DNA from: Octopus sinensis
Lineage: Eukaryota
NCBI RefSeq assembly: GCF_006345805.1
Contig: NC_042999.1
Span: 124,744,001 to 124,808,000, forward strand
Direction of reading: 5' to 3'
DNA: 64,000 nucleotides
Shown in pieces: positions 1 through 12,654 of the stretch (position 1 is the stretch's first letter; every line of letters begins with the position of its first letter). A model generated the notes under the pieces. The model saw only the letters and a program-made list of their open reading frames with translations. It was not told where the DNA came from and did not search any database. The translations under genes were made by a program, and so were the position numbers.

Positions 1-659
<659 letters not shown>

Positions 660-1034
660 GTGACGTATTTTTGCCATTTCAATATGGCTAACCCCTAAGG
701 GTGGATGCTACTGTAGTTTTAGCCCCAGGAGGACACACTCCTCCAGCTGGCCATAGACACACTATCTGTGTCCTGTCAGTATTTGCAAAGAGAAGTCATC
801 CTTCCCGTCTTCAACTTATGATACACACGGACTCGAGTTTCGAGGTATTGACCTCTCGTCAGCGTGTGACAATCATAGTTGTCGCCGAGAATTAGATCTC
901 CTTCACAAATACTTATACTTTTTCCAGCGTCCACTGTCGCTGATATTGAAAAAGTGAAATCAAACAATGATAAATATCAAAGTGAGTTATATACAGTAGC
1001 GGTAACACATCGTGACGTATTTTTGCCATTTCAA
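660..1034 (-). mobile_element. 352-bp terminally redundant non-coding element containing a hammerhead ribozyme (retrozyme-like or Penelope-like terminal repeat)
   Basis: 23-nt exact direct repeat GTGACGTATTTTTGCCATTTCAA at 660-682 and 1012-1034. CpG-rich relative to flanks, no meaningful ORF, internal hammerhead. Confidence 0.65.
824..868 (-). ncRNA. Type I minimal hammerhead ribozyme, intact core
   Basis: Minus strand reads CACACG-CTGACGA-GAGGT(CAAT)ACCTC-GAAA-CTCGAG-TC-CGTGTG. This gives a 6-bp stem I, CUGANGA box, 5-bp stem II, GAAA box, palindromic stem III (ACTCGAGT) and GUC cleavage triplet. Confidence 0.9.
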
Positions 1035-1078
1035 ATACTCTAAATCTATGTATTGAGTTCTGAATTTATATATATATA

Positions 1079-1136
<58 letters not shown>

Positions 1137-1167
1137 TTCAGAACTCAATACATAGATTTAGAGTATT
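1034..1167. repeat. ~34-bp inverted repeat enclosing a (TA)n tract
   Basis: AATACTCTAAATCTATGTATTGAGTTCTGAATTT (1034-1067) is mirrored at 1133-1167 with one extra T. Confidence 0.85.
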
Positions 1168-1443
1168 CTTCAATATATTATAAATAAAAATCTCATAATT
1201 CCAGTACTCCAAGTTACAGTTCACCAATCATTCAGCTGGTAACCTACACCTATTTTCCTTTCAAATACCTGTTGTGTCAATCTATTTTGAAATGTTATAT
1301 GAAAGTTACCTGTCTTTCAATTAAGGGATACATATTCCACATGTGTTTGAAGGACAAAACCAAAGGACAACACACTGACAGAAGGAGTTATAGCAATATC
1401 CCTTTTTGCAGCTGAGCCAATTTTTGGAGAAGTGCAAATGTTA

Positions 1444-1474
<31 letters not shown>

Positions 1475-1749
1475 TATAAACAGATCTTCAACATCAGTGG
1501 TTCTCAACTGGGGTTCCATATAAGATTTTCTTGTTAAAATTTATCAGCACCAAAATTGGTTCTACTTCTATAATATTTAACTATTGTCTGCAAAGTTTGT
1601 GCCGATTTATAGTAGCTTACCTTTCAACTTATTTTAGAACATGGTTGAGTCTATAAAATAGGATTTGATTACACCTCCACTTAGAGCATAGTTTAAGCTA
1701 TCTTTTCATGGAAGAAGATTTATGTTCCTATAACCTGTGTTAATTCTGT

Positions 1750-1890
1750 AACCCTTTAAAATGGAAGATAAGAAAGTTCATATTCGGCAATTGATGCTTT
1801 GGGAACCAGGCAAAAATTACTGCAGCTCGGCTGGGATGTGTTACTCCACCCTCTATATTCACCAGATATTGCTCCTTCGGATTTCTACAG
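1750..1890 (+). mobile_element. Internally deleted mariner transposase relic
   Basis: MEDKKVHIRQLMLWE resembles a mariner N-terminus. It is joined to CACCCTCTATATTCACCAGATATTGCTCCTTCGGATTT (HPLYSPDIAPSD, the YSPDLAP motif). Confidence 0.6.
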
Positions 1891-2059
1891 ACATCAGAGA
1901 GAATTACCCTATCAGATCATATAGCAAAGCCCAGATATTTTGCTGGGTGTTTTTGTTCAGGTTCTTACCATTAACACTGATATTTCCACCCATCTGAAGC
2001 ATGTATTCCATATATTCAGTCTTAAGAATTTTCTCCCACAGAATTTATAGTCATATAGC

Positions 2060-2250
2060 AACCTCAATAGTGCTGGTAATGTGATAAACATACCCAGTAC
2101 ATGCTTTAAAGTGGTTAGTGGTTAGTGTTAAGAAGGGCATCCAGCTATAGAAACCATGTCAAAGCAGACACTGGCGCATGATATAGCCATTGGATCCTGT
2201 CAAACCATCCAACCTTTGCCAACATGGAACATGAACTTTAAATGATGATT
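2060..2250 (+). mobile_element. RTE-LINE 3'-end fragment
   Basis: GAAGGGCATCCAGCTATAGAAACC ... AAATGATGAT tail, similar to the 3' end of the RTE at 41058-43478. Confidence 0.6.
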
Positions 2251-2476
2251 ATATGGTCATCTAGCTCTGTCTTTTATTGCTGCACTTAAAGATATAGATA
2301 TTGATAGCCTGATATGGGGTGGAAAATATCAGCAGCATAAAAGAACATCCATGGTGGGCCATTTGGATATCAGTGGTCATCATATTCATGCAAATGATGA
2401 ACAATAAGAACAACTTGTTAGAGACCTAGTAAACCCTGAACTGTGTCAGAAACAGTGCTATGATGTTGACAGGGCA

Positions 2477-2880
2477 GAAGCGTTAGCATGCCGGGTGAAA
2501 TGCTTAGCGGTATTTTGTCTGCCATTATGTTCAGAGTTCAAATTCCGCTGAAGTTGACTTTGCCTTTCATCCTTTCGGGGTCAATAAATTAAGTACCAGT
2601 TACACACTGGGGTCGATGTAATCGACTTAATCCGTTTGTCTGCCCTTGTTTGGCCCCTCTGTGTTTAGCCCCTTGTGGGTAGTAAAGAAATAGGTATTTC
2701 GTCTGCTGCTGCATTCTGAGTTTAAATTCCACCGAGGTCGACTTTGCCTTTCATCCTTTCGGGGTCGATTAAATAAGTACCAGTGACGCACTGGGGTCAA
2801 TATAATCAACTTAATCCGTTTGTCTGTCTTAGTTTGTCCCCTCTGTGTGTAGCCCATTGTGGACAGTAAAGAAATAAGAC
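2477..2880 (+). mobile_element. SINE family A, partial dimer, with 25-bp target-site duplication
   Basis: Core GCCTTTCATCCTTTCGGGGTC occurs twice. Flanking repeat ACAGTGC(T/C)ATGATGTTGACAGGGCA at 2452-2476 and 2881-2905. Confidence 0.8.
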
Positions 2881-3611
2881 ACAGTGCCATGATGTTGACA
2901 GGGCATCGATTGTGACTTATAACATTTTGATATAGGAGTTGAACCTACCTCAGGACACCATAAGATTGGAATACATACAACATGAGTATATGGAGCAGCA
3001 AAATCTTCAAAATCATTCACAATCTTCTCAAAATAAATATCTAATTCTACTTCACCTATTAAGTTCTTTATTCAGTTAATGTTTATTGCTTTTGTGTATA
3101 ATTAAAAACATTTATATTCTGTGTGCATGTGAATGCTTGCATCTGTGAATGTATGTGTTCTTTTATTTCTTCACTGGTATTGGATAATGGAGCATGGGCA
3201 TGTTTATATACTGCTTTTAAGAGTTATATACACAAAAATATGTTTATTTGCACGTTTTTATATCTATATGAATCTTTGAACGCGTGTGTGTGTGTGTGAC
3301 AGAGAGGGATGAAAGAGAGTATATTTTATTATATCACTATTTATGTAGGTATGTTTGGTTAAATAAAGGATTGGTGAATCTATTAACCATTTTAATGTTT
3401 GGCTATTCATAATTTCTACAAGGCCATCATAAGAGAACGGAAGCGGAGTGTTTCAATATATTTATGCCAAGTGATGAGGATGTATGTGTGTGTGTGTGTG
3501 CGTGTTAACAATATTTACAAAAATTGCTCATGATTAGATGCATAAAGTGAATGAAATAGGAATATATCATATGAAAGGAGTAGGTATAAAAGCAGTCATT
3601 CTGATCTCAGT

Positions 3612-4058
3612 GTTAAAATACAGTATTTAAACCAATCATATTGGGCTCAAATATTCCACCTGATTTATGTGTAACCCTTTTGCATTCAGACTATTCTGTC
3701 AAATGTGATGTTTATTCACTTTGTTTTGAATTAATCATGCATTGTCTTATAGCTTTCAGATTTCACTAAGGTAACTGTTAATTTTTAGAATGATATTGTA
3801 GGGTAGGTATGAGGGACCAAATCTGGCCAGTTTGAACATAAAACAGGTAAAATATTTCGGCCAGATACAGCTAGTTTAAATGCTAAAGGGTTAAACTGAC
3901 CAGACCTGGCCTTTCACACTTACTCTATAAGGTCATTCTAAAAATAAATAATCACATCTTCCAAATCTCAAGGCTACGAGATAATGCATGATTAATTCCA
4001 AACAATGTGAATCAATAAGCATTGTATTTGATGGAGTAATCTGAATGCTAGAGGCTAA
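3612..4058. mobile_element. TTAA-type (piggyBac-like) MITE with a second copy (about 3675-3890) inserted in opposite orientation
   Basis: Inner copy has termini (G)TAA-CCCTTTTGCATT ... AATGCTAAAGGG-TTAA. Segments 3625-3670 and 3895-4058 are the reverse complement of the inner copy. Confidence 0.7.
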
Positions 4059-4226
4059 CAAACAAATGAGAAATACATCTTCAGATCATGGAAGTTTGTA
4101 GGTCTTTCTGATTCTCATATAGATATATACTAAAGTGTAAATGTTTAATGTTGTTCATAGTGAAAAAGAAAAAAACTTCACTGTTAATTTATGTTTATAA
4201 ATCAGATGCAGGCATATATATTTATA

Positions 4227-4262
<36 letters not shown>

Positions 4263-4265
<3 letters not shown>

Positions 4266-4548
4266 AGGTGCGATGGCCCAGTGGTTAGGGCAGCTGACTC
4301 GCGGTTTCGATCCCCAGACTGGGCGTTGTAAGTGTTTATAGAGCGAAAACACCTAAAGCTCCATGAGGCTCTGGCAGGGGGTGGTGGCGATCCCTGCTGT
4401 ACTCTTTCACTGCAACTTCCTCTCACTCTTTCTTCTGTTGGCCTGCTCGCTTAGCCAGCAGGATGGCGTCATTTGAAGGCTAAAACAATGCGAAGCGCAT
4501 TGTGACCAGCGATGTGTAGTAACATCTGATAGCCTGGTAGGTCAGGGT
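4263..4548 (+). mobile_element. tRNA-derived SINE family C
   Basis: A-box-like TGGCCCAGTGG and B-box-like GTTTCGATCCC. Related copy on the minus strand at 62220-62601. Confidence 0.7.
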
Positions 4549-4584
4549 GATATATATATACACACACACACACACATACACTTT

Positions 4585-5160
4585 AATATTGCTTTCAAAT
4601 TTTGGCATGAGGCCAGTATTTTGGGAGGAGGGGGCTAAGTTGATTACATCAACCCCAGTGGTCAAGTGGTACTTATTTTTATTGACCTTGAAAGGATGAA
4701 AAGCAAAATCGACCTTGGCAGAATTTGAATTCAAAATGTAAATGCTGCTAAGCATTTTGCCCCAGTGTACTAACAATTCTGCCAGCTCATTGTCTTGCGC
4801 ACACACACTTCAATATTCTTTTCTACTCTAGGCACAACTGGTACTTAATTTATCGACCCCAAAAGGATGAAAGGAAAAGTCAACCCTGACGAAATTTGAA
4901 CTCAGAACATAAAGACAGACAAAATACCTATTTCTTTATTACCCACAAGGGGCTAAACACAGGGGGAACAAACAAGGACAGACATAGGTATTAAGTCGAT
5001 TACATCGACCCCAGTTCGTAACTGGTACTTAATTTATCGACCCCAAAAGGATGAAAGGCAAAGTAGACCTCGGCGGAATTTGAACTCACAACGTAACGCA
5101 GACGAAATACCACTAAGCATTTCGCCCAGCGTGCTAATGTTTCTGCCAGCTCACCACCTT
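4585..5160 (-). mobile_element. Cluster of SINE family A copies
   Basis: Reverse complement of the family A core (AAAGGATGAAAGGCAAAG, CTGCCAGCTC) repeated three times. Confidence 0.75.
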
Positions 5161-5569
5161 ATACACACTTTAATATTGTCAGATAGTATATTACCATTGG
5201 TTTGGTCTATTATTGCACTTAATACTGACCACTCATTAGACATGCAAGCTGGAAATACATAGCATTTTTGATGCTGGAGCTAAGTATATAGTTTTGGTTA
5301 GCTTATTGACAAATAAAAAAAGTGAAACAAAAAGAAAATGAAACAAAAATATACTTTTCTGAGAAGGAAAGTAGAGTTACCTCCCATCAAACAATTCTTC
5401 CCCTGTGTCCAAATGCAGGGTCCAGATTACTTATGGTACTTGAAATGCAAGGTTACGATACAAAAGGGTATATACATGTATAACACTGACCCACGAGCAC
5501 ACCATGCACTTACAATATAAAAGCATCCTTCTGTGGCTTATATAAATACACACACACACATATATATAA

Positions 5570-5690
5570 GACAGGCTTCTTTCAGTTTCCATTCACTCGC
5601 AAGGCTTTGGTAGAAGGTATTTACACAAGGTGACATGAACCATGTGGTTGGGAAGCAAGCTTCTTACCACACAGCCATGCCGTGCCTACA
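5570..5690 (-). mobile_element. SINE family B 5' fragment
   Basis: GCTTCTTTCAGTTTCC ... CTTACCACACAGCCA matches the reverse of the family B head. Confidence 0.6.
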
Positions 5691-6379
5691 TATATATATA
5701 GAGAGAGAGAGATAGCTAAATAGATGGATGGATGGATGGATGGACGGTGGGTGGACGGACAGATGGATGGATGGACAGACAGATAGATACGCACACATGC
5801 ATGCACACACATACACACATACACACACAAGACACTAATGAGGAAGATTTAACTTCTATTTCTCTCAGGTCTGGCTATCATGTAGAAATTTTCCTCACTA
5901 GCTCAGACTTATATCTATACATATATAAGAGAGTAGGCTGTAATTCAAGGGAACTTTGACTTCTATTTCTCAATGGTCTTGCTTTGATATATATAGGTCT
6001 CCCTCATTGGCTCATACATACAATATGTAACATAGTAAGTTATAATTTGAGGGATATTGGCTTATATTTCTATTGGGTCTCACCATACAGAGGCCTCTCT
6101 TGTCAGCGGGCTTTTCGAATGGTAATAAAGCACTGAATAATACAAAATATTTTCAGAAATCAGGGTGTACAACTGTTTATGGCCTTTCTTTAATTGTTTA
6201 TAGAAAAGGCGAAGAAATGGCTGTAAGCTGTTTTGACAGCCAGAACAGTATTATTGAAGCTGGAAAGTGATAAAATGGTTTACAGATACAACATTTACAG
6301 ATTTAGGGGGTCATTAGTGAACATGGTTTCTTTGATATCAATCATTTGGATTCTTGAAGGGAGGAAAGAAACTGCTGTT

Positions 6380-6985
6380 AAACAGATGATGGGAATGATG
6401 ATGATGATGACAAAGAAGATGATGGTGATGGTAGTGGTGATAATAATGTTGGTGGTGGTAGCGGTGGTGGTAGTGGTGGTGATGGTGGTGGTGGTTGCTG
6501 TGCAATTCTAGGGGTAACATATTCAATTATTAAATTTATGTGGCCGTAGTGGTCATAACCAAGGTGAAGATGGTGGAGGTAATGGTGGCAGTGGTGGTGG
6601 CTTGTTATTGTTGATATTGCTGGCTAAGTTGAGTGAATCAGTAGAAGGAGGGGAAAAGAGTGAAGTGCCCTTCATCTCAGCAGCATTGATGACAATAAAG
6701 AAGACGATGATGTTAACCATGATGATGATGATGATGAAGATGAGGATGAGGATGAGGATGAGAATGAAGAGGAAGGCAATCAGAGTAATGTTGAATGAGA
6801 ATAATGATGCCAGACTTGTCTTTTGTTGTTTTTTTTAACAATTTCTGGGGCTTTTATTATTTTTTTTTTTTATAAAGCATTATCAATAAAATGAAAATAA
6901 CACCGACCACAACAACAGGAACAACAACAATAACAACTACAACAAGAGTAACAACAGCAACAGCACCAGCAACAACAACAAATTG
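6380..6985. repeat. Low-complexity (GAT)n/(GGT)n/(CAA)n tracts
   Basis: Trinucleotide repeats explain the poly-M/V/H/T ORFs. Confidence 0.85.
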
Positions 6986-7889
6986 CAACTGGTATGTGTT
7001 TATGATCAAACAAGCTCTATCATTGCATGGCAACATTACCGCCATGTTATGTCATCCATTACAACTAACTCTATTTATCAGCATCTCCATTTCCCTTTCA
7101 TCTCAAGCATTTCAAGCAGAGAGTCAACAAAATGAGTGTTGCAACCATGTTCTTGGATTGCTTGTATTAAGTGTTCCTTAACATTCTCTTCACACACACA
7201 CACACACACACACAAACAATTCCATACATAAACACACACATACACACATACACACACATACACACATACACACACATACCCATACATAAACATGTGCACA
7301 TGTATGCACATGCATGCATACATGCACAAACATATATACACATCCTGGAGTATCAGCATTTATCAAAGAGGAAGAGAGGATGAAGAACTGTGTATGTGCG
7401 TAAGGGAGAGAGCAGGGAGAGAAAGATTGACATTAAAAATAAAAATAAAAATAAGAAAATGAAAAAATTAGTATCAGTTTTATTCAAATGATCAATTAAG
7501 CTGGAAAAAGGTATCAATGAAAACTATCAGTTCAGCAATGATTTGCAAAATCTTTTCAACTTAGCGCTTATGAAACCAAACTCAACCAACCCCAACACTG
7601 TGGTTACCGTAATATCAAAGTTGGCAGCTAGAATTTCTATTGAGCTTGCTCAATTTCTTTTATTGTGCAACACTTGCCACAATGAAGGAAATAAATCAAT
7701 AAAAAAAAAAAACTGACTACCATTCACCTACCTACTCATTCCCTTACCCAGAAAAAATTTTTTTTTTTTCCTTCTTTCGATCAATATTTGAACTTGAAAC
7801 ATGTACAATTGATTGTTACAGCTCTATTTCATTTCAACATGACATAGACACAGGGTCAAATAGAGACCAGCCTCGAAAGATAATGCCAT

Positions 7890-7967
7890 TATGTATGTAT
7901 GTATGTATCTATGTATGTATGCATGCATGCATGCATGCCTTCATGTGTGTGTGTGCATGTATCTGTG

Positions 7968-8031
<64 letters not shown>

Positions 8032-8032
8032 C

Positions 8033-8063
<31 letters not shown>

Positions 8064-8124
8064 CATATATATACACATATATATATAATATATATATATA
8101 TATCTATATACATATATATATATA

Positions 8125-8173
<49 letters not shown>

Positions 8174-8325
8174 TATACATATATATATATACATATATAT
8201 AACATATATATACATACATACATACATACATACACACACACATATATATAATTATGTCTATATACTATTAAAATATTTATCATATATGTATTACATATAT
8301 ATTTATGATATATTATATAATTATA

Positions 8326-8388
<63 letters not shown>

Positions 8389-8525
8389 CATACATACATA
8401 TGCATATATATGAATATATTTACACATACATACATACATACATACATACATACATACATAAGTATATGTATATCTATTATTTATATATATATATTCATTA
8501 TATTTATTATAATATGTATATATAA
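7890..8525. repeat. Compound (TATG)/(TA)/(TACA) microsatellite
   Basis: Direct reading. Confidence 0.95.
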
Positions 8526-10077
8526 AATTTTACTGTTTTTTTTTTTGTTTTTTGCTTTATTTGGCACCACATTTATATTGTGGGTAACTTTTTCCATTTG
8601 AATTTTTATTTTTATTTTTCATGCTCAGCTCCTAAAATTCCAATTTGATAATTGAACACATTTCACCTAGAACCTCCATTTATCCATTATGTCAGAACTG
8701 CAACTTGATTTAAATTAATACTAGTGAAAGCATAATCTTGAGATTGAATAGCCAAAAGCGCAATATCACTGCAGCTTAGCAACAACATGGTGGCTGGCTT
8801 CTGAAAAGAAAAGAACTAGGGCTCTGTTCAGTGTGTGCTGTCAGCTTTGTTCATCCATCCATTGTTAGTCTTTCATGAAAGACATTAGCATGGAACCAAA
8901 ATTACCCTAATAGTTCTTCAGTGAGTTACTACCAAAAGGATCAGAAATCCAACCGTGCCATTTAGGGATTATAGGTTCAATTTGTTATCTGAATGGTATT
9001 CATTAAAAAGTATTAAAAACACCAAAACAATATTTGTTCTCTTAAACAGTATTTAAAGAGAGACATGTTGTAACTGTTTGGATTAAATTTTTCTTCAAAA
9101 GAAAAGCCTTAAAGCAAACACACATTCAAGAAATCCAAATGTTTCTAGGGGTTCTTTTCATTTTTTTTATTTGTTTTTTCATTTAGAAATTTGAAAGTAA
9201 GAGTAATTTTTGTTTCATTTTTCAATTTTATTTATAGCTGAATTTTTTTTATTTATAGCTCTTTCCACAACTAACCAATCATCAATGAAGTAGGAGCAGA
9301 ACGTACCAGTAAGACAATCTAATGCAAAGAGAGGTATGTGGTTTAAAATACAAATCTGGACTTTCATGTTAGAAAAATAATTCTCAGTACAAAAAGAAAG
9401 AATATTATTACATTAGTTGTGTGTGTGTGTGTGTGTATTTTAAACTCAATACAAGAACAGAAGTCAAATTCAAAAGACAGTGAAAATTATTGATACACAT
9501 GTTAAATATTAGTGATAAAAAATGAAATATATAAATACCACTTACTTTTTTTTTTTTTGCCAATTTTCCAGTAAAATTCATGACTTTTTAGTATTTTCTC
9601 ACATTTTGGTGAGCAGGCAGGCATGAGTTGACATAAAGTCATAAATATTATGTCTACAGACATTCACTTGTATCCATATTTCCCTATACCTATTTTAATA
9701 TTTTTACCATTATTTACTGCAGGTTATTATGTAAATATAGCCATCATGTTATCACAGTCATAAATATATCTGACAACATAACAACATGAAACTAATACAC
9801 TAAAAACCAATGTTTATCGAAAATAACAATAAAAAAAACCTAAGATTTATAACTCAAATTATCAAATGACACATTAACATTTTATTTCCAGACATTTTGG
9901 ATGGTTTATGGCTTTCTATGACCAGATGGTAACAGCGTTTCCACTATAGCCATTATGTCATCAGGAAAGCTAAATAACTTGGCTGGACAATAGATTCCAC
10001 CACTGCTTCACAGTTAAATGGTTAGCAATGGGTAAGACTATACAGATGCTAACATTTTCAAAACTCATCTCATCTAA

Positions 10078-10925
10078 AAATAATAATAATAATAATAATG
10101 AAATTATTGTATACAGTGCTCAGGTGCACCACAACTTGTCAAAAGTGCATATAAAGCATATGCAGTAATGTACAAATGTCTGGAAAGTGAACAGTGTATG
10201 AGTCAGATTCATGCTTGTGTGTGTATGGAGGGGAGAAAATCAGGTGTAGTGTTGGCAAATCTCAGGAAGCATGGAAGTTTTGAAGGATGCAGTGCTCCGA
10301 CAACTAACAACTGATGCCGGCAGTTTGTTCCATACTTCAGCAGCTCTTGGAGTGAAAAAATGTTTCCGAAAGTCATGGGAGCTGTGCTTTTTTCTTACTT
10401 TGTAAATATGTCCATGGGTGTTAGACAGGTGGAGTTTGAAAAGGTGCTCAGAGTTATTGTTTGTAAGATGGTTAATAATTTTATGGGTGTCTGCCAAGTC
10501 AGCTGCCAGACGTTGGAGTTTCAATGTATCCATGCCAGGTAAGTAAGGCATTCAGAATATGGCAAATACCAGATGGAGGGTATTCTCTTGGTTGCACATC
10601 GCTGAATGGCTTCCAGATTATTAATATCCTGGGCAAGATAGGGGTTCCAGACCGGTGATGCAAATTCCAGGTGAGGTCGCACCATAGCTATATAAAGCCG
10701 TAGATAGATAGCCGGAGAGCGGCTCACAAAGGACTTGGTGAGTGATGCCAAGACACCCTCAGCCTTCTTGGCAATTTTAGCAATGTGTTTTGTCCAACGC
10801 AAATTGCTGTCGACAATAATGCCCAGGTCACGTTCACATGAAGACTTTTTGAGATTAATGTTGTGGATGGAGTAAGTAGACGCTGGATTTTTCCTCCCAA
10901 AATGCATGGTGGTACATTTGTCCAT
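10078..10925 (-). mobile_element. 5'-truncated CR1/L2-type LINE (RT C-terminal part, 3' UTR, (TTA)n tail)
   Basis: Frameshifted ORFs with ERDLGIIVD, YIAMVRPHLEFASPVWNP and RKHFFTPRAAEVWNKLP. Same family as 36602-37140. Confidence 0.88.
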
Positions 10926-11424
10926 GAATAAAAGATTAATGTTTATAAATAACTTATGATCATCAAATCCTCATCATCATCATCATCAACGTTGTCATCA
11001 CCACCATTGTCATCATTGTCATCGTCATCTTCAGTTTAATGCCCATTTTCCCATGCTTGCATGAGTCTGATGGAATTTACTGAGGCAAGTTTTCTATGGC
11101 CTGATGCATCTTGTTAGCAACTTTATTTGTTTCCCAAGTAAAGTAATAATTCCCAAAGGCAATCAAACAACAACAAACCACTTGGCAATAGTTATGAGTA
11201 CTTTGTTTACAAAGATCATGCAACATTTCAAAATATGTCAAGAAGCTTGGATGTTCTTTTGTAACCAACTGCAATCATATGACTTGTTAATAGCAATTCT
11301 GTTGTTTTGCTTACGGTCAGTGAACACATGAAGACAAGGACAACTTACTCACACAAACACACTTACACACATATAGATATGTAAATAGACAGGTAGACAA
11401 ACACACAGACAGATAGATATGTAT

Positions 11425-11610
11425 ATCATCATCATCATCATCATCTTCACATATAATGTCCATTTTCCATGCTGGCATGGATAGAATGGTTTAATGGGAT
11501 CTGGTAAGCCACAGGATTGTGCCAAGCTCCAGTGTCAGCTTTGGCATGATTTCTACCACCCACTGGATGCCCTTCCTAACACCAACCACTTTGCAGTGTG
11601 TACTGGTTGT
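11425..11610 (-). mobile_element. RTE-LINE 3'-end fragment
   Basis: (CAT)n tail followed by TTTCCATGCTGGCATGG ... GGATGCCCTTCCTAAC. Confidence 0.65.
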
Positions 11611-11817
11611 TGAAAGGCTAAAGTACATATATGTGCGTGTGTATGTATATGTGTGTGTATACGTATATATATATACACATATATACATATTTTGTATTTC
11701 ATACCCAAACTGTTATATTTAATATATTTTATATATTCAATGTATCTAATTTGTTTATCCACATAATTGCCTCTCTCTATCTCACTCAAGAGAGAGAGAG
11801 AGAGAGAGAGGAAATTA

Positions 11818-11906
11818 TGTAGCATAGTGGTTAAGAGCGCGGGCTACTAACCCCAAGATTCAAAGTTCGATTCCAGTCAGTGACTTGAATAATAATAATA
11901 ATAATG

Positions 11907-11940
<34 letters not shown>

Positions 11941-12100
11941 TAATAATAACATCGAAAAATTCCTCAGGAATGAGAACCCAGATTCGAAATTTCTCCAACA
12001 CACCTGATGAAGGCTGGAGGCTATATCAGCCAAAACATTGTATTAACAACAAGCAAGATGAGGACATATATCTATCAAATGTAAATAATCTAAATAATGC
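11818..12100 (+). mobile_element. tRNA-headed SINE with (AAT)n linker and hammerhead-like 3' module
   Basis: A box TAGCATAGTGG (11820-11830), B box GTTCGATTCC (11865-11874), (AAT)n at 11888-11949, then CTGATGA-AGGCTG..CAGCC-AAAA-CATT at 12004-12039. Confidence 0.65.
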
Positions 12101-12111
12101 ATATTAACAGA

Positions 12112-12650
12112 CGTTCTGGGACAACTGCAACCAGCAGAACTGAGATAAACACCACAGACGTGTGTGCAGCTGTGAGGGGAAATCATCAAATCACCATCCA
12201 TGAGTTACCAGGGTATGTGCAGATTAGTTACAGATTAGTTCAGTTCATCATCACTGAAGATTTGAGTATGAGACGCATGTCTGCCAAGTTTGTGCCAAAA
12301 CTGCTTTCAGCTGACCAAAAAGACACTCCAGTTTCAGTTGCACATGATCTCCTTGATTGTGCTGAGAATGATGAAAACCTTTTGAAAACTTTGTGTTGGC
12401 CTCTGAGCAGGTATCACCAAACTTTTGACAAAATTTGATGCAGATTCTCTGCTCAACTTTCTCTGTCATGGTCAATGTAACAATCACACCTTCCTTCTAA
12501 GCACTGCTGTAAACAGCGAAAGTGAGCTAGAATGTTAAAACTTAGTGCACTTGCACAGCAGAGTTCAAGGTCGATCTGTGCCAAACAACTTTACTCTGCG
12601 TGCTTTAGCTTCGTTACTATGGCAACAGTCTGGATACTTTTTGATTAGAC
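12112..12650. mobile_element. Rearranged mariner relic (plus-strand HTH segment joined to minus-strand 5' end)
   Basis: Plus ORF ...ITIHEL..IITEDLSMRRMSAKFVPKLLS. Minus ORF MTEKVEQRICIKFCQKFGDTCSEA. Confidence 0.75.
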
Positions 12651-12654
12651 CACA

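Noticed and set aside
6233-7181. Poly-Met/Val/His/Thr ORFs
   Set aside because: Explained by trinucleotide repeats; no domain or convincing splice structure.
8690-8800. Minus-strand acceptor followed by GCCACCATG and a 33-codon ORF
   Set aside because: Short and unrecognised; a single Kozak-like match is expected by chance.
9892-10073. Exon-like segments on both strands and a CTGATGA..GAAA match on the minus strand near 9930-9964
   Set aside because: The plus-strand candidate has stops in all three frames, the minus candidate is short with no homology, and the hammerhead-like match lacks stem I.
11818-11885. Functional tRNA gene
   Set aside because: A and B boxes are present but there is no good acceptor stem, and it runs into an (AAT)n tract; treated as a SINE head.
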